DNA from: Candidatus Falkowbacteria bacterium
Lineage (GTDB): Bacteria > Patescibacteriota > Patescibacteriia > UBA11705 > JABHMO01
Direction of reading: 5' to 3'
Length of the DNA: 64,000 nucleotides
Assembly: GCA_018674305.1 (NCBI GenBank)
Contig: JABHAL010000004.1
Location: forward strand, 128,446-192,445
Made by a program: the position numbers and the translations under genes
In this document: positions 52,669 through 62,091 of the stretch, piece by piece
Layout: each line of letters begins with the position of its first letter
How positions within the stretch are numbered: the first letter of the stretch is position 1
The notes under the pieces: generated by a model
Databases searched by the model: none
What the model was told of the DNA's origin: nothing
Seen by the model: only the letters and a program-made list of their open reading frames with translations

Positions 52669-54720
52669 ATGTTATCTATTGGAATGATTTTTTTAATCGT
52701 AGTGAGTGTTTTTCTTTTGATGGTTGCATTTGTTGTTTTTCGTTCGGTGCACTTTATTGAGCCAAATGAAATTGGATTGGTGACTAAAAACTTTAGTTTG
52801 ACCGGTCGTAAAACCGAGGATGATTGTCCGGTAGCTTTTCTCGGTGAGGCTGGTTTTCAAGCGAAACTACTGATGCCAGGTTGGCGATTTAAGTTCTGGC
52901 CGGTATTTACAGTTGAAAAGCATCCTTGGGTGCAGGTTCCAGCTGGTGAAGTTGGTGTAGTTATTTCTCAAGTGGGAAAACCTTTGCCTCTCGATGCAAA
53001 ATCAGGTATTTACAAAGAGGTATTTGGTAACTTTAGTAATTTGAAAGGGTTTGTTGAAAATGGTGGTGAAAAAGGTGTTCAGCGTCCCGTACTCCCGCCA
53101 GGTACTTTGGCCCCGGTTCATCCGTTAGGATTTCTAGTTCTTACTAAGTGTCGTGTTTACGGTGTTCCAGTTGATACAGCAATGCAAAATAAAAAGAACC
53201 TTAAGGTTGAGGATTTTGGACTGGAGCCGGATCAGTTGAACGTTGTGCTTATTCGGCCGAAAAAAATTGAGGTTGGTCCTCGTAATGAAATGGATCATCA
53301 CAATCATATTGAACAGAACCGAAAAGTAGTTGATATGGTTGGCGTTATTACCACTTATGAAGGAAAACCACTGTCCGCTGGTGACATTGCTGGTCGGATT
53401 GGTGATTTTTCTGAGATTGATTATAGTGATGCAGAATTGGATGATAAAGAAATTATTGAGAAGGTTCTGGGTACGCAGAATGAGCAACATGATAACTATC
53501 AAAATTTCCAAAAGTTTTTAGATCTTGGTGGTAGAATTGGTCTTCAGCATGATCCAATTCTGTACGGTGCGTACAACTTTAATCCGTTCTTGATTAGTGT
53601 AGAAAGGGTTCCCATGTTGGTTGTTCAGCAGGGTGAAGTTGCTGTTATCAAAGCTTATGTTGGTCGCCCCAGCAAGGATATTTCTGGTCATGAGTTCAAG
53701 TTTGGATCTTTGGTACGTCCAGGCTGTCAGGGTATTTGGAGTTATCCGCTTCGGACAGGTAAGTATCCGATCAATCCACGTTGCTATGAAGCTGAGGTTG
53801 TGAAGACTTACATTCTTACTTTGAACTGGGCTAATGCTACTTCTGATGCTCATGATCTTGATTCTAGGTTGTGTCAGATTGAAGCCAAGAGTCGTGAAGG
53901 ATTTATATTTAAACTGGATCTGCAAGTTCAGATTCATGTGCCTGACACCAAGGCTCCGAAAGTTATTTCAATTGTGGGAACGATTCAGAATTTGGTTAAT
54001 GAAGTTTTGCAGGCGGCCGTGGGTAACCATTTTCGTGATAAATTGCAAAGTATTCCAGCGATTAAGTTCATTGAGACTCGTCAGCAAGTGCAGGAAGAAG
54101 CTTTTGAACATATCAAAACGCAACTTGCTCAATATGAAATTGAAACTAAGGGAGTGTTTATTCAGGACGTGGTATTACCCGCTGATATGGTTAAAGTTTT
54201 GACTCAGCGTGAGATTGCTCATCAGGAAATTGAGACGTTCAAAAAGCAAACCGAAGCTCAGGTCCAGAGAATTGAAACTGAGCGACAGCGAGGAATTGCT
54301 GATCAGCAGGCTGAACTGGCTCGTTCCAAAGTTAGTATTAACATTAAGGAGAATGAAGCCAGCGCTAGAAAGAAGCAGGCCGATGGTGAGGCGACGTTCA
54401 TTAGTGAGGTTGGTGCAGCTGAAGCTTCAAAGACCAGAGATATTGGTCTAGCGAAGGGTGAGTCTTATCAGAAGCAGGTTGAGGCTTTGGGGCAGATGGA
54501 AACTGCTATGGTTAATGCAGTTCAGGCTTTGGCTGAAGCTGGAACTAAGATTGTACCTGATACCTTGGTTGTTTCAGGTGGAGGTTCTAGCGGCAGTTTT
54601 GAGGGACTAGCAGCTACGTTAATGAAGTATGTTGGTAGTTTAAAAACACAACCGAGTGGAGGTTCGATTGTGGCTCCGAAAAAGGAAAAGAAGACTACTT
54701 CGCGGAAAAAGGCCGCATAA
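52669..54720 (+). CDS. Second flotillin-like SPFH-domain protein (683 aa)
   Basis: N-terminal TM; FVVFRSVHFIEPNEIGLVTKNF SPFH start; C-terminal flotillin-type coiled coil (QEIETFKKQTEAQVQRIETERQRG...) ending in Gly/Ser/basic residues. Confidence 0.7.
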   Translation: MLSIGMIFLIVVSVFLLMVAFVVFRSVHFIEPNEIGLVTKNFSLTGRKTEDDCPVAFLGEAGFQAKLLMPGWRFKFWPVFTVEKHPWVQVPAGEVGVVISQVGKPLPLDAKSGIYKEVFGNFSNLKGFVENGGEKGVQRPVLPPGTLAPVHPLGFLVLTKCRVYGVPVDTAMQNKKNLKVEDFGLEPDQLNVVLIRPKKIEVGPRNEMDHHNHIEQNRKVVDMVGVITTYEGKPLSAGDIAGRIGDFSEIDYSDAELDDKEIIEKVLGTQNEQHDNYQNFQKFLDLGGRIGLQHDPILYGAYNFNPFLISVERVPMLVVQQGEVAVIKAYVGRPSKDISGHEFKFGSLVRPGCQGIWSYPLRTGKYPINPRCYEAEVVKTYILTLNWANATSDAHDLDSRLCQIEAKSREGFIFKLDLQVQIHVPDTKAPKVISIVGTIQNLVNEVLQAAVGNHFRDKLQSIPAIKFIETRQQVQEEAFEHIKTQLAQYEIETKGVFIQDVVLPADMVKVLTQREIAHQEIETFKKQTEAQVQRIETERQRGIADQQAELARSKVSINIKENEASARKKQADGEATFISEVGAAEASKTRDIGLAKGESYQKQVEALGQMETAMVNAVQALAEAGTKIVPDTLVVSGGGSSGSFEGLAATLMKYVGSLKTQPSGGSIVAPKKEKKTTSRKKAA

Positions 54721-54728
54721 TTTAACAC

Positions 54729-54768
54729 AAAGATCTCTGTGTAATAGCACAGAGATCTTTTCTATTTT
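54729..54768 (+). terminator. Intrinsic terminator
   Basis: AAAGATCTCTGTG-taatag-CACAGAGATCTTT followed by TCTATTTT. Confidence 0.75.
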
Positions 54769-54801
54769 AAACAAAAAAAATTGACTTACGTCAATTTCTT
54801 T

Positions 54802-54877
54802 TGGTGGGCGCAGGAGGACTCGAACCTCCGACCATTTGGTTAAGAGCCAAGTGCTCTACCAACTGAGCTATGCGCCC
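54802..54877 (-). tRNA. tRNA-Lys (anticodon CTT), CCA encoded
   Basis: GGGCGCATAGCTCAGTTGGTAGAGCACTTGGCTCTTAACCAAATGGTCGGAGGTTCGAGTCCTCCTGCGCCCACCA. Confidence 0.85.
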
Positions 54878-54944
54878 TGAAGTACATAGAAAAAGATACA
54901 AATTATTTATTGATATATTTTTCTATGACTTCAGGGTAAACCCT
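54877..54944. repeat. 17-bp-stem inverted repeat (CTGAAGTaCATAGAAAAA ... TTTTTCTATGACTTCAG) abutting the tRNA-Lys 5' end
   Basis: Arms read at 54877-54894 and 54928-54944 around a 33-nt AT-rich loop. Confidence 0.55.
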
Positions 54945-54998
54945 ATTTTAAGTAAATTCTTTAATATATATTTTTATGACTTTAGAGTAATCTTTGTT

Positions 54999-55262
54999 TT
55001 AATTATTAGACTGAAGCGTTTTTCTTAGCATATGTTTTAAGGCTCTTTTTCCGGCTGTAGTTTTCAAATAGTTTTCTCTTCTAGTTGCATCTTGTTCATT
55101 AGTATAGGCTTCAAAATATATTAAATCAAGAGGAATCCTGGGTTTTGTTGATTGAACTAAGCCATTGTTATGTCTTCGTGTTCGTTCATGTGGATCATTA
55201 GGAGTAAAACCTGTATACAACAAGGAATCTTTTTGACTTTTTAGGACATATACAAAAAACAT
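54999..55262 (-). CDS. GIY-YIG nuclease-superfamily protein (YhbQ/COG2827-like), located among the tRNA genes
   Basis: MFFVYVLKSQKDSLLYTGFT...RRHNNG...LIYFEAYTNEQDATRRENYLKTTAGKRAL; start reassigned to the internal Met (track 54999..55301). Confidence 0.7.
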   Translation of the reverse strand: MFFVYVLKSQKDSLLYTGFTPNDPHERTRRHNNGLVQSTKPRIPLDLIYFEAYTNEQDATRRENYLKTTAGKRALKHMLRKTLQSNN

Positions 55263-55312
55263 AGGAATGTTTAATAATGAAAAATCCTCATGGCAAACCA
55301 TAATTAAGTTGA

Positions 55313-55359
55313 TTATGGTTTACCATGAAGTCATGACGTAAGGTCATGTACTTCATGGT
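55313..55359 (-). repeat. Conserved tRNA 3'-trailer palindromic hairpin (GGTTTACCATGAAGTCATGACGTAAGGTCATGTACTTCATGG), copy after tRNA-Arg; overlaps the encoded CCA
   Basis: ~16-bp stem; paralogous element at 55483-55531 after tRNA-Ala. Confidence 0.6.
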
Positions 55360-55431
55360 GCAGCTGGCAGGAGTCGAACCTGCAACCCCTTGGTCCGAAG
55401 CCAAGTGCTCTATCCATTGAGCTACAACTGC
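55356..55431 (-). tRNA. tRNA-Arg (anticodon TCG), CCA encoded
   Basis: GCAGTTGTAGCTCAATGGATAGAGCACTTGGCTTCGGACCAAGGGGTTGCAGGTTCGACTCCTGCCAGCTGCACCA. Confidence 0.8.
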
Positions 55432-55482
55432 ATAATATGTTTTTGTTTTTAAAAGAGCGGAGTAATCCTTTTGCTAAGGGAG

Positions 55483-55531
55483 TGGTTTACCATGTAGTCA
55501 TGCGTGGCATGTACTACATGGTGGACCCGAC
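55483..55531 (-). repeat. Conserved tRNA 3'-trailer palindromic hairpin, copy after tRNA-Ala
   Basis: GGTTTACCATGTAGTCATGCGTGGCATGTACTACATGG. Confidence 0.6.
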
Positions 55532-55605
55532 TGGGGTCGAACCAGCGACCTCTTGCATGCCATGCAAGCGCTCTAACCAACTGAGCTACGGGCCCTCAAG
55601 GTGTA
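55529..55605 (-). tRNA. tRNA-Ala (anticodon GGC), G3:U70 present, CCA encoded
   Basis: GGGCCCGTAGCTCAGTTGGTTAGAGCGCTTGCATGGCATGCAAGAGGTCGCTGGTTCGACCCCAGTCGGGTCCACCA. Confidence 0.8.
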
Positions 55606-55700
55606 CCGGATTTTAATTTGAGATCTTACCGATGGCTATCAGGACGTTCTGACCAACCCCGAAGGGGCCCCTTTGGGGCTGAGCTACGGGCCGAAAATGT
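55606..55700 (-). repeat. Degenerate tRNA-Ala 5'-half copy (GGCCCGTAGCTCAG) interrupted by a GC hairpin insert (CCCCAAAGGGGCCCCTTCGGGG) before TTGGTCAGAACG, directly upstream of tRNA-Ala
   Basis: Minus sense ...TTTTCGGCCCGTAGCTCAG[CCCCAAAGGGGCCCCTTCGGGG]TTGGTCAGAACG...; same architecture as the tRNA-Gly-derived repeats. Confidence 0.55.
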
Positions 55701-55753
55701 TCAATAATTAAAAACTAGTATTATTTATTGGGCATTGTGTATTGGGTATTGTT

Positions 55754-56446
55754 TTAACCCCAACCCTTCTCTGTTAAGGCATTGCGAGCGGCATCTTCTT
55801 GCGCTTCCTGTTTACTTAATCCAGTCCCACTGGAGACTAATTCATTTTTCAAATATGCGCCAACTTCAAATGTTTTTGAATGGTCAGGTCCAGTTTCTGA
55901 TAGTACTTTATAGTTCGGAGTAATACCAACTTTTTCTTGAGCAAGTTCTTGAAAATTACTTTTTGGGTCAAGGTACAATTTTTTGTCTAATATCTCAGGT
56001 AGTTTTGAAAGAATAAATCTTTCTATGAAAATTTTTGCCTGATCCCAACCTTGATCAAGATAAATCGCTCCGATTATAGATTCCATAGCATTCGCTAAAA
56101 TATATTGTCGAGCTTTGCCAGTATCTTTTTGTTCACCTCGACTCAGAAACATGCAACTTTCAAAATCAATTTCATTGGCGATAGTGGATAGCATTTTACT
56201 ATTGACCAAGCTAGCGCGCCAATTGGTTAGCTCTCCTTCTGGATTGGGATAATTATTATATAGGTTTTCAGTTACAACTAATTCCAAAACTGCATCACCT
56301 AAAAACTCTAATCTTTCGTTATGGTCCAACTCAAAACTTTTGTGTTCATTTAGATATGACCGGTGGACAAAAGCTTGTTTTAACAAGTCCTTGTTTTTGA
56401 ACTTGGTTCCAATCTTTTTCTCGATTTTAGAAAGTTTTTTTTCCAT
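55754..56446 (-). CDS. rnc: Ribonuclease III
   Basis: RNase III signature ERLEFLGDAVLELVV; C-terminal dsRBD. Confidence 0.9.
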   Translation of the reverse strand: MEKKLSKIEKKIGTKFKNKDLLKQAFVHRSYLNEHKSFELDHNERLEFLGDAVLELVVTENLYNNYPNPEGELTNWRASLVNSKMLSTIANEIDFESCMFLSRGEQKDTGKARQYILANAMESIIGAIYLDQGWDQAKIFIERFILSKLPEILDKKLYLDPKSNFQELAQEKVGITPNYKVLSETGPDHSKTFEVGAYLKNELVSSGTGLSKQEAQEDAARNALTEKGWG

Positions 56447-56525
56447 ATGTTTAAAAGAACAGAAAACAGTAATTAGAAAACATAAGTAAGTGTTTACTAA
56501 TTACTGCTTTCTGTTAAAGCATAAT

Positions 56526-57089
56526 TTATTTTTCAGGATCAGATTTTTTTATTTTCTTTGGGGCTTCTTTTTCGTCTGGTAATATTTCTTTGTCTTCTGT
56601 TTTATCCATTGGTCCGAGGTCATTATAAATTGAACCCAAGACTCCATTAACAAATTTTCCTGATGATTCACCGCCAAAAGCTTTTGCAGTTTCAATTGCT
56701 TCATTAATAGCTACTTTGGCAGGGATGTCTGGATCCATTACTAATTCATAAATACCAATACGTAAAATGTTACGATCAACATTAGTGATTTGGTCCAGTG
56801 GCCACTCGGGGGCGTATTTGGCAATATACCCATCAATGCTTTTTTGATTTCCAGTTACGCCTTTAATAATTTTGTCAGTAAATGAATGGTCGTTAAATTC
56901 TGGGGCAAAGGCTTTATAATTGTATTGGATAATTTCATCCAATAGTTTTTTTTCCTGGCCCTTAAAGTCCCATTCAAATAAAGTTTGAAGCGCGATTGTG
57001 CGCGCTAGGTGTCTATTAGACATACAAAGAACAAGTTTTATTTTTGATTTTATAATTAAATAATTAAATCTAACAATATCATACCTCAT
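56526..57089 (-). CDS. nusB: Transcription antitermination factor NusB with C-terminal extension
   Basis: [18 protein letters not shown]...; probable true start at MSNRH (~57023). Confidence 0.7.
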   Translation of the reverse strand: MRYDIVRFNYLIIKSKIKLVLCMSNRHLARTIALQTLFEWDFKGQEKKLLDEIIQYNYKAFAPEFNDHSFTDKIIKGVTGNQKSIDGYIAKYAPEWPLDQITNVDRNILRIGIYELVMDPDIPAKVAINEAIETAKAFGGESSGKFVNGVLGSIYNDLGPMDKTEDKEILPDEKEAPKKIKKSDPEK

Positions 57090-57209
57090 TCTACATTATT
57101 TTTCCATACAATGCAATAGTAATTATCACTATTTAGCTTATTTTTAGCAAAAAAAGTGACAAATGCCTATATTTATAAGTAAATAATTCATTGACTGAAT
57201 AGAGAATAT

Positions 57210-58604
57210 TTGCTATTTTGGAAAGGTCAATATATGCAAATAAAAAGAATTTTTATAAAAATATTAGCTGGATTTTTTAGAGGATTTGCTACTTTAAGCA
57301 GAAGTGTTTTTGCTAGGTGCAAATTTATAACTCGTTTTTTTGAAACGATCGGTAAGGGTGTTTTTAGGTATTTATTTTTTCCTGTTTACAGATTGTTTTA
57401 TATTTTCAAATACAAAGTTCTAAATATATATGCACCAGCTCATAGCAAGGTGTATTATATTTTAAACAAGACTTATTTGGTTCATGTTGTAATTGTGGTA
57501 ATTGGCCTTGCGGTAGTTGTTAACAGCATTAATGCTCAAGAATTAAGAGAAGGTAATTTTGGTGAAAGGACAATTATATATTCGGTTGTGACCAAAGAAT
57601 TGATGGAAGAGCTAACAGAAGAAACTCAGATTGTCGAGACAAGTGATCAAGTTTTAAGTTATTTAGATAATACTGCATCTGTTGGCAGTTCTGGCGGTTC
57701 AGAATCAGATATTTTGGCGAGTGATCAGTTAGTTACAGAGTTTTCAACCATAACGGAAGGTGGTGCCGCAGTTGTTAAACCGAATATTATCGAACCAATA
57801 AAAATTGAAGATTTACCACAAGTAACAACGCCATCACGATCCAGAATAATAGAATACACCGTGTTGCCTGGAGAAACCGTTTCTGCAATTGCTGAAAAAT
57901 TTAATATAAGCGTGGAGACTATTCTATGGCAAAATAATTTAGGGGTACGGAGTTTAATTAGACCAGGGGATGACTTGGAAATTTTACCAACAAGTGGAAT
58001 CGCTCACAAGGTATCAAGGGGTGAAAATATTGGGTCAATTGCTAAAAAATATAATGTTGAGTCGGAAAAGATTGTTAGCTATAATAATTTATTTGATGTA
58101 AATGATATCAAGATTGGACAGTATCTCATTATTGCAGGTGGGAAGAAAATCTCACCTTATATTAGTAAGCCATCTTATGCAGGTTCTGTTCCATCAGTTT
58201 CGCCAATTAGTAAATTGTTTATTCCTCCGTCGCAGAACGTTGTCAGTTCTGGTATGCTTTGGCCAACATCAGTTCGTCGTATTTCCCAATATTATAGTTG
58301 GCGTCATACCGGATTGGATATTGCTGGCCCCAAGGGGACTCCACTTTATGCGTCAGAGTCTGGTAAGGTGACTTATTCTGGTTGGTCTAATGGTTATGGA
58401 TATAATGTCATGATTGATCATGGAAATGGTACTAAAACTCGTTATGCTCATGCTAGTAAATTATATGTTAGCAAGGGAGATTCCGTAGTAAAGGGACAAA
58501 CCATAGCAGCGATGGGATCTACTGGTTGGTCTACCGGTTCGCATATCCATTTTGAAGTAATTGTTAGTGGTGGGAAAAAGAACCCGTTGTCGTATGTTAA
58601 GTAG
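57210..58604 (+). CDS. Peptidoglycan endopeptidase: two LysM domains plus M23 (LytM) peptidase
   Basis: LysM (YTVLPGETVSAIAEKFN; HKVSRGENIGSIAKKYN); M23 motifs HTGLDIA...HxH (GSHIHFEV). Confidence 0.85.
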   Translation: MLFWKGQYMQIKRIFIKILAGFFRGFATLSRSVFARCKFITRFFETIGKGVFRYLFFPVYRLFYIFKYKVLNIYAPAHSKVYYILNKTYLVHVVIVVIGLAVVVNSINAQELREGNFGERTIIYSVVTKELMEELTEETQIVETSDQVLSYLDNTASVGSSGGSESDILASDQLVTEFSTITEGGAAVVKPNIIEPIKIEDLPQVTTPSRSRIIEYTVLPGETVSAIAEKFNISVETILWQNNLGVRSLIRPGDDLEILPTSGIAHKVSRGENIGSIAKKYNVESEKIVSYNNLFDVNDIKIGQYLIIAGGKKISPYISKPSYAGSVPSVSPISKLFIPPSQNVVSSGMLWPTSVRRISQYYSWRHTGLDIAGPKGTPLYASESGKVTYSGWSNGYGYNVMIDHGNGTKTRYAHASKLYVSKGDSVVKGQTIAAMGSTGWSTGSHIHFEVIVSGGKKNPLSYVK

Positions 58605-58650
58605 TTGAAAGTTTTAAAGTTAAAAGTTCATAAAGTACAATTCAAAAAAT

Positions 58651-58681
58651 AAAAAAAAACGAGCAATGGTGCTCGTTTTTG
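58651..58681. terminator. Bidirectional intrinsic terminator
   Basis: A9-CGAGCA-atgg-TGCTCG-T5. Confidence 0.75.
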
Positions 58682-58693
58682 GTTTGCATAATT

Positions 58694-58951
58694 TTAAAGG
58701 ATTTCTAGCACATCATCTTTTTCCCAGGGTTCGATCGTTCCACCAACAGACTTGAAGAGTCTAACAAAACCACCTTTATCAAGTGTGATGGTGGTAAGAT
58801 TGTTACTTGCTTTGGTAATGGTTCCAGTATCATTTTCACTGGCGAGTGATGGAATATCTGGTTCTTCGATTGCAAAAGAGGCTCTGTCAAAATAATCTTT
58901 TTTGAAACGAACTTTTGCCCCATTTTTAAAATCCTGATACTTTATTGTCAT
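58694..58951 (-). CDS. Hypothetical small protein (85 aa)
   Basis: ORF between two terminators; no family recognised. The overlapping alternative frame 58705..58923 is less likely. Confidence 0.35.
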   Translation of the reverse strand: MTIKYQDFKNGAKVRFKKDYFDRASFAIEEPDIPSLASENDTGTITKASNNLTTITLDKGGFVRLFKSVGGTIEPWEKDDVLEIL

Positions 58952-58999
58952 GAATCCTCCTCGTATATTTTGAGCAAATACAAAAACTTAGTTTTACTT

Positions 59000-60517
59000 T
59001 TAACTTAAAGAACGATATTGTAAAGCTTCAGCAATATGTTTGGAGCTTATTTTTTCAGCTTGTTCAAGGTCAGCAATAGTGCGACTGACTTTTAGGATGC
59101 GATGATAAGCTCTTGCCGATAAATGTAGTTGGTTCATAGCTGACCTTAGCAAATCAATGGAGGGTTGGTCAAGGGGGCAATATTTTTTTACATCTTGTGC
59201 ACGCATTTCATTGTTATATTTTAAATCTGTTTGCATAAATCTTTGAGCCTGTATTTCCAAGGCTTTTTCTATCCGTTGGCGAATTGTGGCGGACGATTCA
59301 TTTTGTGCAGTGCTTTGCATTTTTTCAAAATTGATTCTAGGGACTTCTATGTGTAGATCAATGCGATCTAAAATTGGACCGGAGATCTTTTTTTGATAAT
59401 TTAGAATTTGATTTGTTGTACAGGTACAATTTTTTTCTGGGTCTGAAGCATAGCCACAGGGGCAAGGGTTTTGACTGGCAATTAACGTGAAGTTCGCTGG
59501 GAAACTTAAGGTTCCATGAGCTCGGGAAATAGAAACAGTTCCGTCCTCAAGTGGTTGTCGTAAATTTTCTAATACTTGCCGAGTAAATTCAGGAAATTCA
59601 TCTAAAAATAGAATACCACGATGGGCCAGGCTGATTTCACCAGGACTTGGGATTCTGCCGCCGCCGACCAGGGCAACCCCTGAACTTGTGTGATGTGGAG
59701 ATCTGAACGGTCGGCGGCGAATGATTGCTTTGTCTTTTGGCAATAATCCCGCCACTGAATATATCTTGGTAACTTCTATAATTTCTTCTTCGCTCATCGC
59801 TGGTAAAATTGAGGCCAGAGATCTGGCAAGCAGGGTTTTGCCTGAACCTGGAGGTCCACTCATCAAAACATTATGTGCTCCGGAGGCGGCAATTTCCAGA
59901 GCCCTTTTAGCTTGCTCTTGGCCATGGACAAAAGACATGTCTATTTCTGAAGGAGCTTCTATTTCTAGATTTATGTTTAACCTTGGTTTTACAGTGGTCA
60001 ATGGTTTAGTTCCTTGTAAATGTAACACAACGTCGGACAATGATTCTACAGCATAAATATTTAAGCCGGAAATTAAGCTGGCTTCATCTGCATTATCTTT
60101 GGGAATGAATAAATTTTTTATACCTTTTTCCTTGGCAAAAATAGTAATTGGCAAAATTCCATTTGTCTGACGTACATTTCCGTTCAAGGCCAGCTCCCCC
60201 ACAAAAATACTACTTTCGATTTGGCAAACAATTTGATTAGTGGCTATTAGAACTGACAGAGCAATGCCTAAATCGTAAGCTGGTCCTTCTTTGCGTAGAT
60301 CTGCTGGTGCTAAATTGACAATTGTTTTGTAGCGTGGAGTTTTGAACCCACTATTTTTTATAGCTAAGCGGACCCTCTCCCTTGCTTCTTGAATAGCTGT
60401 GTCAGGTAATCCAACAATTACAAACTTAGTCTGATCAGTTCTTATTTGATCAGTTTCAATTTCAATTAATTCGCAGTTGAGGCCAGTATTGGCGCAGGAG
60501 TTTACTTTAGTAAACAT
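59000..60517 (-). CDS. comM: YifB/ComM-family Mg-chelatase-like AAA+ ATPase
   Basis: N-terminal Lon-protease-like domain; Walker A MSGPPGSGKT; Walker B ILFLDEFPEF; C-terminal ChlI-like domain. Confidence 0.85.
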   Translation of the reverse strand: MFTKVNSCANTGLNCELIEIETDQIRTDQTKFVIVGLPDTAIQEARERVRLAIKNSGFKTPRYKTIVNLAPADLRKEGPAYDLGIALSVLIATNQIVCQIESSIFVGELALNGNVRQTNGILPITIFAKEKGIKNLFIPKDNADEASLISGLNIYAVESLSDVVLHLQGTKPLTTVKPRLNINLEIEAPSEIDMSFVHGQEQAKRALEIAASGAHNVLMSGPPGSGKTLLARSLASILPAMSEEEIIEVTKIYSVAGLLPKDKAIIRRRPFRSPHHTSSGVALVGGGRIPSPGEISLAHRGILFLDEFPEFTRQVLENLRQPLEDGTVSISRAHGTLSFPANFTLIASQNPCPCGYASDPEKNCTCTTNQILNYQKKISGPILDRIDLHIEVPRINFEKMQSTAQNESSATIRQRIEKALEIQAQRFMQTDLKYNNEMRAQDVKKYCPLDQPSIDLLRSAMNQLHLSARAYHRILKVSRTIADLEQAEKISSKHIAEALQYRSLS

Positions 60518-60721
60518 AATATTAATAATTAACTAATGGATCAATTTCTAAATTCTAAATAAACTTAAAGGCTACAAGTTCAAAAAGCTAAAGTAAATTT
60601 TAACTATTTATAGATTTGTAGTTGCTTAGGGTTTAGGATTTGAGTAATTGATAATTGTGATGTTATAGTAGTTTACTAATTAAGCTTGACAAAGTCAAAA
60701 TTTTTCATTAATATATTTTAA

Positions 60722-61042
60722 TTGAACCGTAACTTTTTGGAGGAGGAAAACATGGCTAGAGTACCACTGAGCGAGATTGACAAAGCGAAAGAGAAGGCTG
60801 CAGAGTATGTGGGGCAAGTCAGGAAAAAACGTCTTAAGCGAATCACTAGCGATGGTTGGATTGCGGGAATTTGCGCTGGATTGGCTTATTTTCTAGGACT
60901 AAGAACCTGGATGGTTCGGTTGATTGTCGTTGGTTTGGCTTTAGCCTATGGAACCGGCGTAGTCGCCTATATTGTACTTTGGATTTTTATGCCTGAATGG
61001 AGTAGCACTCCTTCAGATTACGGAAAAGTCTCTGGGGATTGA
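60722..61042 (+). CDS. PspC-domain membrane protein
   Basis: DGWIAGICAGLAYFLGLRTWMVRLIVV matches the PspC N-terminal domain. Confidence 0.7.
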   Translation: MNRNFLEEENMARVPLSEIDKAKEKAAEYVGQVRKKRLKRITSDGWIAGICAGLAYFLGLRTWMVRLIVVGLALAYGTGVVAYIVLWIFMPEWSSTPSDYGKVSGD

Positions 61043-61054
61043 ATTAAAGTAATC

Positions 61055-61088
61055 AAAAAAGCTCCGCCATGCGGAGCTTATTATTTTA
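61055..61088. terminator. Bidirectional intrinsic terminator
   Basis: AAGCTCCGC-cat-GCGGAGCTT flanked by A-run and T-run. Confidence 0.7.
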
Positions 61089-61093
61089 TCTGA

Positions 61094-61633
61094 TTATAGT
61101 ATTTTAATAACAAGTATAAATCCAAAGAAGACAACGAGTATAATGGCCACGACCCAGCCAAGAAGCGATTTGCCAGTAGAAGTGACTGGTGGGTTGTTCT
61201 TGTTGTTGTAGTAATCTCTAGTTTCTAGTTCTTTTTTTACAAACTGTTCTGGGTTAACACAATCATTTACTGGCAAGGAACAAAAGTCAATATTATTGCG
61301 AACATCATTTTCTCGATAACCTAAAATTGCCCGCTCTCCAATAAAAGTTGTAGGAACTGTGGAAATGCCTACTTCGTAAACAGATGCAAATTCCTGAAAT
61401 TTTGAAAAATATTCAGGATTTGATTTTAGATCAAACTCGTGAACTTTTATTTCTGGATACTCTTGTTTCAGGGTTTCCAATAGTGAAAGAATTTTAGCAC
61501 AGTATGGACAACTTTTCTGTGTGAAAGTATAAACATCTATTGTTTTTTCAGTATCAGCGGCGATGGTTGTGGATAAGGGCAAAAAAACAATAAAGAAAAA
61601 AAGCAATAAAGAAAACACTATTTTATTTTGCAT
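61094..61633 (-). CDS. Secreted, membrane-anchored thioredoxin-fold (glutaredoxin-like CPYC) protein
   Basis: Signal peptide; CPYC active-site motif (KSCPYCAKIL); C-terminal TM anchor. Confidence 0.6.
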   Translation of the reverse strand: MQNKIVFSLLLFFFIVFLPLSTTIAADTEKTIDVYTFTQKSCPYCAKILSLLETLKQEYPEIKVHEFDLKSNPEYFSKFQEFASVYEVGISTVPTTFIGERAILGYRENDVRNNIDFCSLPVNDCVNPEQFVKKELETRDYYNNKNNPPVTSTGKSLLGWVVAIILVVFFGFILVIKIL

Positions 61634-62090
61634 AATTTTTAGATTTAAATTGATTTAAGATAAATATTATACAGGCCACAACAATTAAGCAGTCTGCGAG
61701 ATTGAAGGTCGGCCAAGTAAAATTATAAATGGTAATGGATAAATAATCAACCACTCCCCCTAAAAATATTCGGTCAATTAAATTTGAAACTGCTGCGTAA
61801 AACATTATTGATAAAAGAATTGAGTCAAAATATTGTTTTTGTTTTCTTGCTTGCATTAATAAACAACTAATTAAAACCAAGGCAACTAATATTAAAACAA
61901 AAACTAAAATTGTAGGTAGTGCAAAGCCAAAGGCAATATTTTGATTGAGCACATTTTCTATTTTAATCGTTGATCCTAATACAAAAATCCCTGAATCAGG
62001 GACTTTAGTTGACACTAGAAATTTAATTATCTGGTCAAAGCTAATAATGGCTATTCCGATTATTAAGCTACAAACTTTTATAGCGCGCAT
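61623..62090 (-). CDS. lspA: Lipoprotein signal peptidase (signal peptidase II)
   Basis: Four TM helices; conserved NxxAFG (NQNIAFGFA) and FNLAD (FNLADCLIV) motifs. Confidence 0.75.
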   Translation of the reverse strand: MRAIKVCSLIIGIAIISFDQIIKFLVSTKVPDSGIFVLGSTIKIENVLNQNIAFGFALPTILVFVLILVALVLISCLLMQARKQKQYFDSILLSIMFYAAVSNLIDRIFLGGVVDYLSITIYNFTWPTFNLADCLIVVACIIFILNQFKSKNYAK

Positions 62091-62091
62091 T

